Assembly: GCA_024614665.1 (NCBI GenBank)
Contig: GCA_024614665.1_4861.1
Direction: 5' to 3' (one strand)
Length of the DNA: 64,000 nt
DNA from: a phage
Part shown: piece by piece, positions 1 through 11,192 of the stretch
Numbering within the stretch: the stretch's first letter is position 1
How the letters are laid out: each line of letters opens with the position of its first letter
The notes under the pieces: generated by a model
The model's input: only the letters and a program-made list of their open reading frames with translations
The model's database searches: none
What the model was told of the DNA's origin: nothing
Translations under genes and position numbers: made by a program

Positions 1-945
1 TCAGGGTGTCTTTGAACACACGCTGGCGGATATTGTAATCATCGAAGTCACCGCCCAGCTGAGCAGTCAGATCGTCGATAGTTTCTTGAGAAACCACCAT
101 AACCGAAGACGCGTTGTTGATGGATGGGCTCAGTGTCAGCAGGCCAGACAGCCAGTTGGCGTTTTTCTTTTCCATCATCTTGCGGTAATAACCGGACTTA
201 TCACGGAAGCGGTTCTTACGGTATTCTTCGATGAGGTCATTACACAGCGCGATATCTTTCGCATAGCTGAGAGAGCCTACCTTCGCACGCAGTACGCGTT
301 CCCAGAATGTTTTGGTCTGATCGCTGAACGCAATCAGTGTCTTCATTTCATCGGTCGGCAGAGACTTCACATCAAGACGCAGACGCATCGGCAGCTCGAC
401 TTTATTACCGTCACGTTCGAAGGTAACAGAGAACACTTTACCGTTGGACAGACCTTCTTGATCATGCAGGAGCTTCAGCGTGTTGTTCGGCAGCACAGAA
501 CCTGCGGACGATTCAGTCGCTACTTTGTTATCGGATTTCTGGCGACGGGATTCACCGACCGCAAGCCCGATTTTATCGTATGACGGCAGCGCGTGACGGG
601 AGGACTCGCCGATAGCGAAAGACGCTAAGCGAGAACCCGAACGTGCAGCCGCGTCGAGGGCATTACGACGGGTGCTAACCTGGTCAAGCGTACCAAGGAT
701 ATCAACCTCAGGAACACCTACCAGAATTGAGATGGCGGTAAGTTGGTTGCCCGCGAGCAGGATTTGGATTTTCTCCAGAATACCTGGCAGGTAATCTAAG
801 CCCAACAGACTTTGTTCAACCAGCGTGGTGTGCTCGTTGTACAGCACAGAGTTGAATTCTTCCGTCGATTCCGCCCGCTGGCGAAGCAGCATGGGAAACT
901 TAGAAAGAAAGGAGACGAGCGATGTCTCAAATGTTTTTTCTGCCA
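1..945 (-). CDS. hypothetical protein (3' end probably beyond window start)
   Basis: ATG at 945 on minus strand with GGAG-like SD upstream; long minus-strand frame with protein-like composition; plus-strand ORF 86..583 is R/H-rich and looks antisense. Confidence 0.5.
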
Positions 946-968
946 TTTTTAACTAAACTCCGGAGTTA

Positions 969-2231
969 ATGATGAGTAACGAGACCGATAAGAACGATCC
1001 GGGGTATGACCCGAATACCGACTACGACAATTCGTATCAAAACCCGAATAATATCGATGCAGTACCATCGGTCGCCGACTACTTTGACCGTCGACTGTCC
1101 GATGCGAAACCCACCACGGCGTACAACGTTAATGATGAGTTATCGGGTTGGAATGACCGTATCCGTCTTACGTTAGGTTTGGGTCTGGCTGCGCAGCGTG
1201 TGACCAACCCCTACATGGGGTTCAACCATATGATGGCGTCGAACCCGACGCCTGTTAACCGTGAGTACGGTGGCCTAACCTTCATTACCCGCCCTGACTT
1301 CAACTTGTGCTTTGACAACATTGCCAACTCGCGCAAGATGTCGAACATGGCTTCTCAGCCGAAATCGTCACTCGACTATTCCATTCTGGCAGCGTTAGAC
1401 CCAGATTTTGAATTGGGGTTCTCTGATTCACCGATGGAAGATGGGCGAAGAAAGAACCGTTTGGGCACGCCATTCATGAAGGACATTATGTTTGACAATC
1501 TTCAGGCATTCATACCATTGCTGAGTACGCAGATGCTGAGCCTCTCGGGGATGCCTGACCAGTCTGTCGATAACTGGATGTCTGAAGAAGGTTTAATGCG
1601 CGAACAGTGGGGTATGGTTGACTCCACACATGAAATCAATAACCAGTACAGCATGTCAATGTCGCTGAACAACCCATACGGCAACCCCATCATGCGAATG
1701 ATGGGCGTGTGGCTGGAATATATGTCCGGCATTAAGATGGGTAAGTTCAAACCGAAGATGCGTAATTCCATCCAGCGTCGCATTGACTACCAGTCGAGGA
1801 TGTACGGGTTTAAATACGATGCGCTCGGAAACATCACTCGTTTCTGGACAGCGTGTGTTTGTTGGCCAATGAACGATAACGCCGGTCAAATGGCGAATGT
1901 CGATAACACCAAGCCTCAATTAAATGACGACACCACAATTAACCTCAACTGGCAATGCATCGGGGCGCGCTTCGATGACCCATTGTACATGGAGATGTTC
2001 AACTTGACGGTGTCTATGTTTAACCCGGATATGATGCCGCAACCAGGGAGCGTTGCAGCGGGCAACTTTATCCCGATTGCTGAAGACCAGCTTGTGCCGA
2101 TTGCACCACAGCTACTACCGCTGTTCAACTACTACGGCTATCCGCACATCGACTCCCTGCGTCGTAAACTGACCTGGTATGTTTATCAGGCAGATTACCA
2201 ATTCATCCTTAAACGAGCGGGCTTACTGTAA
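969..2231 (+). CDS. hypothetical protein (420 aa)
   Basis: Long ORF, SD GGAG before ATG, stop overlaps start of next gene. Confidence 0.7.
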   Translation: MMSNETDKNDPGYDPNTDYDNSYQNPNNIDAVPSVADYFDRRLSDAKPTTAYNVNDELSGWNDRIRLTLGLGLAAQRVTNPYMGFNHMMASNPTPVNREYGGLTFITRPDFNLCFDNIANSRKMSNMASQPKSSLDYSILAALDPDFELGFSDSPMEDGRRKNRLGTPFMKDIMFDNLQAFIPLLSTQMLSLSGMPDQSVDNWMSEEGLMREQWGMVDSTHEINNQYSMSMSLNNPYGNPIMRMMGVWLEYMSGIKMGKFKPKMRNSIQRRIDYQSRMYGFKYDALGNITRFWTACVCWPMNDNAGQMANVDNTKPQLNDDTTINLNWQCIGARFDDPLYMEMFNLTVSMFNPDMMPQPGSVAAGNFIPIAEDQLVPIAPQLLPLFNYYGYPHIDSLRRKLTWYVYQADYQFILKRAGLL

Positions 2232-5191
2232 TGACTACGAAAACGTACGACGCATTATCGAAAGACTTGCTACTGATGGCACATAACCCATCAGCAATGC
2301 AGTCGTTAATGCTGAACCAGCTCCAAGACGTGCAGGACGCCGACGGGCAAATCCTGCTACGTGACCCGACCGACCCGGTGGTCTACATGACCGAAGTCGG
2401 AATTACGATGGGCCACACGATTATCCAGGGCGATCGGGACACCATTCCGAAAATGTTCCCCTCTATGGCACAAACTCACGATGATCTGTTCCGCCACATG
2501 TCTGACGTGGATTATGTCGATGTTTTTGCCCAGCCATCACAAGCGACCTTACTGCTGCTTCTAGATGTCGACTCTCTATTAGCGAAGGCGATGCCATTAA
2601 ACGTGGCAGGTATTCGTAAAGTCGTGATTCCACGGGATACCGTCTTTACTGTTTCAGGTTACAACTTTGCCATTCAGTATCCCATCGAAATTCGAGTGCT
2701 GCCGTATGGTACCGTTGATAATCCAGCTTTCCAAGTCTTGTGGATTACCGAAACCCAGTCACCGATATCGCCCGTAACCACTAACGCGTTGGACTGGGAA
2801 CTGACAAGTGTTCCCAGCACACCGTCGCAGATACTGGCTATCCGTATTCCGGTGATGCAGTACAGTGTAAAGGACGAGAACGATACGTTGTTGGGGCAGA
2901 ACACGTTTGTGATGACGCGCACGTTCACCAACAAGTTCTTCTACGCACGGGTGTGGAATAAACCGTCCAATTCAAACACCTGGACAGAAATCCATCACAC
3001 GCACAGTCGTGACGTTTACGATCCAAACACACCTACGGCGCTGATTCAAGTCGTTAACCAGTCCATTCGCTGTACGATACCGTCTATCTACATGGCGAAG
3101 AACCTGGTAAGTGGTGAAATCCGCATGGACGTATATACGACCATCGGGCCACTCGACCTCGACGTTTCTGCATTTCCGGCGGACGAGTACACCTTCTCAT
3201 TGCGCGACTTGAACGGTGAATACGATGCGGGATACATCAACCCGTTGAAATCATTCTCCATCAAAATGTTGGTTGCGGAAGAAGGCAGTTACGCCACTGG
3301 GGGGCGTACACAACTTTCGTTTGATGAGTTGCGTGACCGTGTGGTAAACAATGCAGTGGGGATTCGCAAACTGCCAGTAACAGAGAAACAGTTAGAAGCC
3401 ACAGTATCGGATTACGGCCTGACCTTGTCCAAGCCGAACGATTACGTAACTGGGCGTACTTACTTCCTGACTGCGCCGATGCCGGAGTCCACGTTATCTA
3501 AAGTGAGTTCCCCTATCGGGACCATCACCGCCCCGCTGTACTTTAGCTGGGATGAACTGGTGAAACTGCCGACGGTCCGTATTAACGGCAACCGTTTGAC
3601 GATTGAGCCGGATACGCTGTATCGCTTTACGGATACCAGTCTGCAAATCGATGCGGAGATGACCATCCTTGCGAAGACCATGCGTAAAGAAGATTTGGTT
3701 AACGCGGGTAACACTAACCGTTACCTGTTCACACCGTTCCATTACGTGGTGGACATTAACAACAAATCTTGCGATGTTCGTATTTACCAACTCGATAAAC
3801 CGCAGTTGAACTCAAAACGTTTCGTTAGCACCAACGTGACAACGGAGCTGAGTGTTGTCACTGCAGATTATCAGATTGAGAAAACGAGCGAAGGTTATAT
3901 CCTGCGCACTGTGACTAAGTCAGAACCGCCATACCAGGCGTTAAGTGATGACCAAGTCTTTGCGCAGATTTCCTTCTCGCCACGCAACGCAGACGGTAAG
4001 TTGGCGTACATCAACGGCACCTTAGTGGGTCGTCAAGGTTCGGAGCGTGTATGGGAATTCTTGTTGAAAACCAATCTCGATGTTGACCGTAACGATGAGC
4101 TGATTATCAACAACACCCGAATCACCACCGAAGTGGATGTGGACACACCTGCACCGTTGTTAACCGAGTATAACGTGTTCTACGGCTGTACGGGTTACTA
4201 CCCCGGTAATTACGAACGCGCTGAAATGGATACAATGATTGTACCGCCTGCGCGCGATGGTATTGGGATTACTCATGAGATTTTCAAAATCGAGCTGGGT
4301 AAAGCCATGTCCTATTACTGGCGAAAAGCACGTGCAGTAACGGACAGCATCAACTACGAATACTACCAGAAGGACGTTCTGGCGTATTGGGAAAAGGATG
4401 TTATTAAAACCAAAGAAGATGGTGTAACGCCTGAGTATACGTACGACCCTAATGCTGTTCCACCGTTGCAAATCACGTACCTGCATCGCAAAGGCGATCC
4501 GAAAATAGACCCGGTCACCGGTGAACAAGAAATCGCACACCACGTTGGGGAGCAAATCTTCGACGGGAACGGTCAGCCTATTATTGCGAAACCGCGCAGT
4601 ATTAAGTTCCGTAGTGAAATGGCTGTCTTTGATGCCCGTTATAAGTTCGCAACCTCGAAGGCGGTTAAAACGTACCTTGATAGCGTAATTGACAACATCA
4701 TCAACTATGTTACGGTGGTACTGCCTAATCTGAAACCGCTGCTGTTGGAGCAAACTGAAGGCTTCTTTGTTCCTATCACCACGATGGGTTATATCGACGT
4801 ACGTACCGAAGACGGGGTTGTGTCACCACTGCCTGCTGAAAACCAGTTCACTGTCAAATATTACCTCACGGCAGCGAACCGCGCAAACAGCGAGCTTCTG
4901 GCACAAATCCGGAAACGGACTTCGCAAGTCATTAACGATTATCTGTCAACACATCTGACCGTTTCAGCAACCGAGATTGGTAATGCGCTACGCACCACGC
5001 TTAACGATGCCATTATCGGTGTTGAACTCGACGACATGGGGCCAGATAAAGACCTGCGACTGTTCACTGTCATTACCGAAGCGGCACGTGCCACGATTGG
5101 TAAGAAGCTCGATATCGAAGCCAATGGCGACATCGGTTTGAAAGATGACATCGTACTGTCGTACAACCGTCACGATACCGAAAAAGAATAA
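2231..5191 (+). CDS. hypothetical large protein (986 aa), possibly virion-associated
   Basis: Long uninterrupted ORF coupled to upstream gene; followed by stem-loop terminator. Confidence 0.75.
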   Translation: MTTKTYDALSKDLLLMAHNPSAMQSLMLNQLQDVQDADGQILLRDPTDPVVYMTEVGITMGHTIIQGDRDTIPKMFPSMAQTHDDLFRHMSDVDYVDVFAQPSQATLLLLLDVDSLLAKAMPLNVAGIRKVVIPRDTVFTVSGYNFAIQYPIEIRVLPYGTVDNPAFQVLWITETQSPISPVTTNALDWELTSVPSTPSQILAIRIPVMQYSVKDENDTLLGQNTFVMTRTFTNKFFYARVWNKPSNSNTWTEIHHTHSRDVYDPNTPTALIQVVNQSIRCTIPSIYMAKNLVSGEIRMDVYTTIGPLDLDVSAFPADEYTFSLRDLNGEYDAGYINPLKSFSIKMLVAEEGSYATGGRTQLSFDELRDRVVNNAVGIRKLPVTEKQLEATVSDYGLTLSKPNDYVTGRTYFLTAPMPESTLSKVSSPIGTITAPLYFSWDELVKLPTVRINGNRLTIEPDTLYRFTDTSLQIDAEMTILAKTMRKEDLVNAGNTNRYLFTPFHYVVDINNKSCDVRIYQLDKPQLNSKRFVSTNVTTELSVVTADYQIEKTSEGYILRTVTKSEPPYQALSDDQVFAQISFSPRNADGKLAYINGTLVGRQGSERVWEFLLKTNLDVDRNDELIINNTRITTEVDVDTPAPLLTEYNVFYGCTGYYPGNYERAEMDTMIVPPARDGIGITHEIFKIELGKAMSYYWRKARAVTDSINYEYYQKDVLAYWEKDVIKTKEDGVTPEYTYDPNAVPPLQITYLHRKGDPKIDPVTGEQEIAHHVGEQIFDGNGQPIIAKPRSIKFRSEMAVFDARYKFATSKAVKTYLDSVIDNIINYVTVVLPNLKPLLLEQTEGFFVPITTMGYIDVRTEDGVVSPLPAENQFTVKYYLTAANRANSELLAQIRKRTSQVINDYLSTHLTVSATEIGNALRTTLNDAIIGVELDDMGPDKDLRLFTVITEAARATIGKKLDIEANGDIGLKDDIVLSYNRHDTEKE

Positions 5192-5198
5192 AAAGCAC

Positions 5199-5234
5199 TA
5201 CCCTCTCCCGAAGGAGAGGGTAGCCTTTTATTTT
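5199..5234. terminator. bidirectional intrinsic terminator
   Basis: Hairpin CCCTCTCC-CGAA-GGAGAGGG with A-run before and T-run after. Confidence 0.7.
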
Positions 5235-6966
5235 ATTCGCCGTCAAGCATATTTTTGCGATTATTGCCTTTCACCAACGGGTTACGTTTGGCCAGGTTCA
5301 GTATCGTCTGCAGTGTAGCGGCAGCACCGCAACAACGCCGCACCAAAGACAGGTTACGTCGCAAGCCGACGAAGAGGTCTTCATCCCCGTCTGGGGAGAA
5401 TAACACCATCGAGAGTTCACGACCGTCGGTACGCAGGCCAGAAGGCTGATTAAGCTCATTCATGATGACTTCGCTAATCAGGTTAACGTATTCAACGTTA
5501 TCCTTGGTTGCTTTCTGGAACTGCTCCAACACTTTAATCGTGTTGTTAACCGCCTTATCCAGTGCACTGTAACGATTCAGGTTAGTCGCAGCGGTGTCGT
5601 TGGTAAAGCCTTGTTTACCTAACGTTACCACTACAGCCAGCAACTCACGTTCGTCACCAACCGATAACGTGCCTGCCTGACGCATTTGCTCTAAGCACTC
5701 GCGTCCCAAGAACGCAGATGCTTGTGCGTTGACCAATACCTTACCAGGCACGAAGTCCACACCATCGTCATGACCCACCAAACCACGAACTTTGTTTTCT
5801 GGGATAACGACCAAAGGTGCAGTAGCGTATTCGAATCCTTTGCGGGAAACGTCGCTGATGATGAAGTTCATCGTGGTGTTCAGCTGCGCTAACGCCTGAC
5901 CGAAAATAAGCGCGGTGTCGTGTGCTGCTTTGTTAACTTGCTTACCGTTGTGCGTGGTGGTTGAACCTTGCTGATTCTTAAAACCTTCGGCGACGCTTGG
6001 GTCAATCATCGCTTTAAAGGCACTCTGGAGCGAGCCAAAGTAACCGATAAGTTCGCTGGCAACATTCGACATCTGATGGAAGTTCAACAGGTTCGGAATA
6101 CGCACACCGGCTTCGCGAGCAGACTTCGGTAACGCCTGCCAGGCTTTCTTACCCACTTCAATCGGGTAGATACCGTACGTCACGTTGTGTTGTAACAGGG
6201 TGTCTAACAGATCGTGAATAACCTGCTGGCTTGACTGACGTTTCTTAGTGTAGCCTTTGAACAACTCAGTGAACGGCGAACGACCCAGCGCGCTGCTCAA
6301 GTCGTTCAGATACTCTTCCGCGTTCATGTTCGTAAACACTTCGTCGGCCATCGCGATAGCCAAGTTCAGGTTTTCCAGATCACGACCTTTCAGACCCTTA
6401 GAGGCTTCGATGTATGCATCTTTCACTGCGCTGATTTTCAACTGACCGATGATAGTGTTTTCGGTCTGGGAGAAACTCTCTGCTTTTTCGCCGACTTTCT
6501 CAGCGTAACCTTCGCCGTCGAATTCGCCATTACCAGCAAACCCGTTACCGTTGCTGATAATCCAACCGATGATTTTGATAATCGCGGTCATGATCAACAC
6601 AACCAATCCCACTTTACCTGCATTTGCCCAGGATTCGAGCGCAACAATAGTCTCTTTCTGGTGCGTGCGGGTATAGTTCGAAGTCAGGATTTTGCGAACG
6701 GCTTCGGGAATTGTACCTGGGCGAGAAGATTCAACAGCGACAGCGACATCTTTCGACAGACCTGCGCGACGCACTTCGTCAAGAATCGCGTCAATTTGCA
6801 GAATCAGTCGAGAGCCGTAGATTAAGTCAGCTTCGTTGCGTTGCATGTACAGATTGAGCTGGTTGACAGAATCAATACGCTCGGTCATACGTGAACGCAG
6901 GACTTCACCGATCTCCCCCAAACGCCATTTGGGGTGGGTGGCGTTACCTGTCATTTCCATGCTCAT
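5233..6966 (-). CDS. hypothetical protein with hydrophobic segment
   Basis: 577-aa ORF; hydrophobic stretch LVVLIMTAIIKIIGWII; terminator downstream. Confidence 0.7.
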   Translation of the reverse strand: MSMEMTGNATHPKWRLGEIGEVLRSRMTERIDSVNQLNLYMQRNEADLIYGSRLILQIDAILDEVRRAGLSKDVAVAVESSRPGTIPEAVRKILTSNYTRTHQKETIVALESWANAGKVGLVVLIMTAIIKIIGWIISNGNGFAGNGEFDGEGYAEKVGEKAESFSQTENTIIGQLKISAVKDAYIEASKGLKGRDLENLNLAIAMADEVFTNMNAEEYLNDLSSALGRSPFTELFKGYTKKRQSSQQVIHDLLDTLLQHNVTYGIYPIEVGKKAWQALPKSAREAGVRIPNLLNFHQMSNVASELIGYFGSLQSAFKAMIDPSVAEGFKNQQGSTTTHNGKQVNKAAHDTALIFGQALAQLNTTMNFIISDVSRKGFEYATAPLVVIPENKVRGLVGHDDGVDFVPGKVLVNAQASAFLGRECLEQMRQAGTLSVGDERELLAVVVTLGKQGFTNDTAATNLNRYSALDKAVNNTIKVLEQFQKATKDNVEYVNLISEVIMNELNQPSGLRTDGRELSMVLFSPDGDEDLFVGLRRNLSLVRRCCGAAATLQTILNLAKRNPLVKGNNRKNMLDGE

Positions 6967-7406
6967 GAAATTTGCCCTTTCAGTTCTGCCATGTAGAAAC
7001 CAACCACTTCCATAAAGCGGCTAATCCACAAACCGACGGTTTCCCAGATATCTTCACCGAGCGCCTGGTTGAAGATTTCACGAACAGAGAAACTTTCCAG
7101 GGCTTTAGCGCCGCCATACACGTTGCAGTAACGATTGCAGTACAGACCCACGGTCATGTCCTCAATCACGCCTAAATCAACACAGTACAGCTCGTTAACG
7201 TCGGAGACGATATTACGCATTACCGGACGTAAAAACGTCCCAGCGGCCTCTGCAGCGCCATATTGGCCATTATCAGCCAGTACCGCGTTATACGCCAGTG
7301 AGAAAGCAACCAGACCAGTCAAAGCACGCTGGGCGTGTACGCCTTTCCCTTCGTTGGTACGTTTGAAATCCAGTACCAGGTTATTTAAAGAAACTTTGTG
7401 CGTCAT
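6963..7406 (-). CDS. hypothetical protein
   Basis: 147-aa ORF, 4-nt overlap with downstream gene. Confidence 0.6.
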   Translation of the reverse strand: MTHKVSLNNLVLDFKRTNEGKGVHAQRALTGLVAFSLAYNAVLADNGQYGAAEAAGTFLRPVMRNIVSDVNELYCVDLGVIEDMTVGLYCNRYCNVYGGAKALESFSVREIFNQALGEDIWETVGLWISRFMEVVGFYMAELKGQIS

Positions 7407-7421
7407 GTTAAGTACCCTTAC

Positions 7422-8774
7422 TTAGGAAGAAGTCGCCTGACTAAGCTTCGCAGAAGCCACACGCAGGTCATTAGAAAGATAGCGCTCCATCGTACGCTGA
7501 TAATCCACCCCAGCACGCTCACGGCGACCGCCAGGGGTCAGCGTTTTCATGATGAAGCTAAAGACGTTGTCTTTGTCTTTCACGGTTTTCAGTAGTTCGT
7601 CGATAGACGCAATGCCCTGCAGAATACGTTTACGATGTTCGTTCGCTTCTTTCGTGGTGCTGCCTTTTAAGGTGTTCAGCTCCTCCACTAAGTTACGGCG
7701 CATCGTCTCAAAACGTTCCTGCGGCGGATCGTAGATGGTGTTGCGTGGGTCGTTCACAATCAGGCCGAACGCGACTGAGATAGTCGTGAAGAACAGACCA
7801 ACTGGATTAGTCGAAGCCACAATCAGCAGCGAAACGTTAAGCATCTCCAGCATCAGATGTACACCGTAGTTCATGTACGACGCGTTCCGGCAGAGATAGA
7901 ATTGGGACGTTTCGATTTTGTACAAGGCTGACGCCAGGTACGGGGCTGCACCAAAGCGAGCTGCGAAGTCATCTGCAGCACGTTCCCAGGTACGGTTAGC
8001 GAACCCTTCCGAACCGGTAACAAACGGACGCTCAAGCAGAATGTCTGTCACCAGATGCATGTAGATGTTCTCTTTAGACATCTCTTTGCAGATAGTTTCC
8101 GGCTGATTCACTTTGGTGTTCAGCATACGTTCAACGTCTTTTACGACTTTTAAACGCACTGTCGGGTCTTCTGTTTGCATCATGCGGTTCGCTGCAGCAT
8201 CCGCAATCAGGTTCGTTACCACCGTACGCATCAAGGTACGGAAATAGTAATAGACGTGACCGACTTCATGTAGAATAATCGCCGCGACTTCTAAATCCGT
8301 TAACTCGATACCTGTCAGTAGTTTCGGGGTCAGCCAAAGTGGGGACGGCACCTTGCTGAGTTCGCCTGAAAGCTTCGCATTTTTATCGTCGAACTCGCCG
8401 TTCAGCTCGTTCTCTTTTAAGAACTTACTGTAGACATCCAGGTCGGTGTTACCCTGCACCATCTTGCGTTGCAGGTCGGCGATGATTGGGTTGTTCGCGT
8501 CGAGCTTCGGTGGCTCCACACCCGCAAACACAACGTCCGCCACACCTAAGTCGGACCCGTTACGAGGCAGGACTGTAATACCGTTGTTGTCAAAGACCCA
8601 GGCAGCAATACCAGAACTCTGATAACCCGCTGGCGAGAAGTCGCCCGCATCACGGAACTTACGTACCACTTCCGCCAAAGAGGCGAGTTTCTTTTTATCT
8701 TGGAATCCGATGGACTCCGAGGCCACGGCTTTCGCGTCGGCCAACGAGGTTATGTGCTTTTGCCAGTGTCCCAT
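7422..8774 (-). CDS. putative membrane-associated zinc metallopeptidase
   Basis: HExxH motif (ILHEVGHVYY) plus hydrophobic segment LLIVASTNPVGLFFTTISVAFGLIV. Confidence 0.55.
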   Translation of the reverse strand: MGHWQKHITSLADAKAVASESIGFQDKKKLASLAEVVRKFRDAGDFSPAGYQSSGIAAWVFDNNGITVLPRNGSDLGVADVVFAGVEPPKLDANNPIIADLQRKMVQGNTDLDVYSKFLKENELNGEFDDKNAKLSGELSKVPSPLWLTPKLLTGIELTDLEVAAIILHEVGHVYYYFRTLMRTVVTNLIADAAANRMMQTEDPTVRLKVVKDVERMLNTKVNQPETICKEMSKENIYMHLVTDILLERPFVTGSEGFANRTWERAADDFAARFGAAPYLASALYKIETSQFYLCRNASYMNYGVHLMLEMLNVSLLIVASTNPVGLFFTTISVAFGLIVNDPRNTIYDPPQERFETMRRNLVEELNTLKGSTTKEANEHRKRILQGIASIDELLKTVKDKDNVFSFIMKTLTPGGRRERAGVDYQRTMERYLSNDLRVASAKLSQATSS

Positions 8775-8844
8775 TTAGACGTTCCTTTTAGAAAATACGT
8801 TACCCACAAATCAGTATAGCAGACACCATATTTGAGAGTAGACC

Positions 8845-10629
8845 ATGGAAATCAATACCTATTACGCACCCGAGGATGTCATCGCTAAAGAGTGCAAGCA
8901 CGTCGCTTATGCGACGGACGAAGAAAAAGAAAATGACTTTGTCCTCATCAAAGAGGTCATCCATACTAAGGATGGCAGGCTTATCCCGCGCTTGGTAATG
9001 CGTGAGAATTTAAAGCGTCCGGTGTACGTTACCCGTGAAGAATATCGTAACCACCAGGAGAAAAAGGAGTTCGAAGAAAAAGGAAAATGTCAAGAACTCT
9101 GGACTACTGATGCGCAGATGGCGAAGACGTTGCAGATGGGTTTAGGTGCACGTTTCCCTGACCCGAAAAAGAACCTGAGGCGTGTTTGTACTAGCCCGTA
9201 CGTTTATTGGGCCGACTTACCGATTACCAGCTGGATTAAACAGAAATACTTAAAGCGTTGGCCAAACAACATCAGTCCTAACCGTCTTTGTGTATACGAC
9301 GTAGAGACCAACGAAATGGACGGCACGAAGGAACCGTGGATCGTGTCATTTATCTTAGACGACGAAATCCATTTCTTTGGTGCTAAGAACTACATGGACC
9401 GCATCGGTAAAAACGCGGAAGAAGTCATTCTCAAAAAAGCGCAGGAACTCTTAAGCAAAATCGAATTCGATGAGAAAGACAAAAAGACTGGCGAAAAGGT
9501 GACAAAGACCAAAGACATTATCAGTGGTTATAAAATCTTCACCTATACCTGCGCTACAGCAGGGCAGTGCATCGTCAGGATGTTCGAAGAAATTCATCCG
9601 CGTCTTCCTGATTTGCTGGTCGCATGGAACCACCAGTTCGATATTTCACGCATGTTAGAAACCTTGCAGAAAGAAGGCATCGATCCACTGGGCGTCTTTA
9701 ACCATCCGGATGTGCCGGAGAAATACCGTCGTCTGTGGTTTAAAGAAGACCAGGCGAACAAAAAGACAGAATCCAAGTCACTCACCAAAGCACCGTCACA
9801 ACAGTGGCACGTACTCTACTGTACTGCGTCTTTCTACTGTGTGGATGCCATGGTGTTATTCCGTTCGTTGCGTGTCCACGAAGGCCAACGTCCTTCGTAC
9901 AAGTTATCTGCCATACTGTACACCGAACTCGGTTTACACAAACTCGACATTCCTGGCCTGCCGTATGAAGATAACCTGCAATGGCACATAAAAGCACAAC
10001 GGGACTACCCTGCCGAATACGCCGTATACAACATGATGGATAACTTGTTAATTGTGTTGTTGGATAAGAAGACGAACGACTTGTCTTCAGCAATATCCAT
10101 TCTGGCAGGTTTCTCGATGTACGATATCTTCCCGTCGCTACCAAAACGTATCTGTGTGGCCTTTACCTATTATCTGTATGACAAAGGATACGTCATCGGC
10201 TCCGTAGGATCTGCAATGCGTAACGATTACGATGAAGAGGTTATCGGTACAGACGGTTGGATTGTTACCCTGACAGCATGTATGAATGCTGAGAACGGTC
10301 TGAATAACATTCTGGAGGAGATTGACGAATATTACTCTGCGTTCCGTGGTCAAACTGCGGATGCGGACTTAACCCAGGCCTACCCTTCGGCCACAAACAT
10401 GATGAACCAGTCTCGTGAGACCACACTCATTGAACTGCTGTCCATCAATGGGGTTAGTGAAGAGATTCGACGTCGCACGGGCGTCAACTTAACTGCTGGG
10501 CGAGTTAATGCCATGGAAATAGCGACAGACTTCTTCTGCTTACCGGACAAAGACACTGTCCTGTCTACGTTCTTACGTAAGCAAGGGGAAGTAGTGACAG
10601 AGCCTATGGAGTACATCTGCGGGTTCTAA
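8845..10629 (+). CDS. DEDDy 3'-5' exonuclease domain protein (family-B DNA polymerase N-terminal-like)
   Basis: Exo I-like YDVETNE, Exo II-like WNHQFD, Exo III-like YNMMD in correct order and spacing. Confidence 0.6.
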   Translation: MEINTYYAPEDVIAKECKHVAYATDEEKENDFVLIKEVIHTKDGRLIPRLVMRENLKRPVYVTREEYRNHQEKKEFEEKGKCQELWTTDAQMAKTLQMGLGARFPDPKKNLRRVCTSPYVYWADLPITSWIKQKYLKRWPNNISPNRLCVYDVETNEMDGTKEPWIVSFILDDEIHFFGAKNYMDRIGKNAEEVILKKAQELLSKIEFDEKDKKTGEKVTKTKDIISGYKIFTYTCATAGQCIVRMFEEIHPRLPDLLVAWNHQFDISRMLETLQKEGIDPLGVFNHPDVPEKYRRLWFKEDQANKKTESKSLTKAPSQQWHVLYCTASFYCVDAMVLFRSLRVHEGQRPSYKLSAILYTELGLHKLDIPGLPYEDNLQWHIKAQRDYPAEYAVYNMMDNLLIVLLDKKTNDLSSAISILAGFSMYDIFPSLPKRICVAFTYYLYDKGYVIGSVGSAMRNDYDEEVIGTDGWIVTLTACMNAENGLNNILEEIDEYYSAFRGQTADADLTQAYPSATNMMNQSRETTLIELLSINGVSEEIRRRTGVNLTAGRVNAMEIATDFFCLPDKDTVLSTFLRKQGEVVTEPMEYICGF

Positions 10630-10637
10630 AACAAAAA

Positions 10638-10680
10638 AAGAAAGGCCTCTCTACCCTAGGGTAGAGAGGTACTTTTATTT
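10638..10680. terminator. bidirectional intrinsic terminator
   Basis: Hairpin CCTCTCTACCC-TAG-GGTAGAGAGG flanked by A-run and T-run. Confidence 0.7.
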
Positions 10681-11180
10681 AGCCGCCAAAGGCGTGCATA
10701 ACCAGCGAACGGAGGTCCGGGTCGTTCAAGCGACGGGCCAGACGGTCAACATCGTTGGTATCACGGAAACGACCTTTATCGGCGCAGCGTGCGTAACGAA
10801 TCAGCATGTTAATAAAGATAACGAAGACTTCACGCTCGTCACGATTCGGGAAGTTCTCACTGATACGGTTATTAGCAGCCGGTGCGTAGAAAATACCGTT
10901 ACGGTGCTTATTAGCCGCTTCTACAAAGGCGTAGAAACCATCCAGGAAGGCCTGACCGCGCAGTTTAAACAGCTCACGGAAAGAGTGATGCAGCTTATTA
11001 TACGCATCTTTCTCAGCCTGGGTACCAGATGCTTTACGTGGGCCGGCGTTGTTACCTGCTTCATCGAGCATCGTGGTGATCAGTTTAACACGATATTGGT
11101 CGTCGTTGCTGTAAGAAGCGCTATCACGGACCACGCCTTCTGTACGCGGGTCAAGGGTAGTAGTGTCTTTCTTAGTCATG
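10679..11180 (-). CDS. hypothetical protein (possible RNAP beta-prime distal fragment)
   Basis: ORF 10679..11254 trimmed to ATG at 11180 just after upstream stop; weak resemblance FRELFKLRG to beta-prime trigger-loop region. Confidence 0.45.
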
Positions 11181-11192
11181 AGGAAACAATCC

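Noticed and set aside
86-583. Plus-strand ORF of 165 aa
   Set aside because: R/H-rich, non-protein-like translation lying antisense to a long well-formed minus-strand frame with SD and ATG at 945; treated as spurious.
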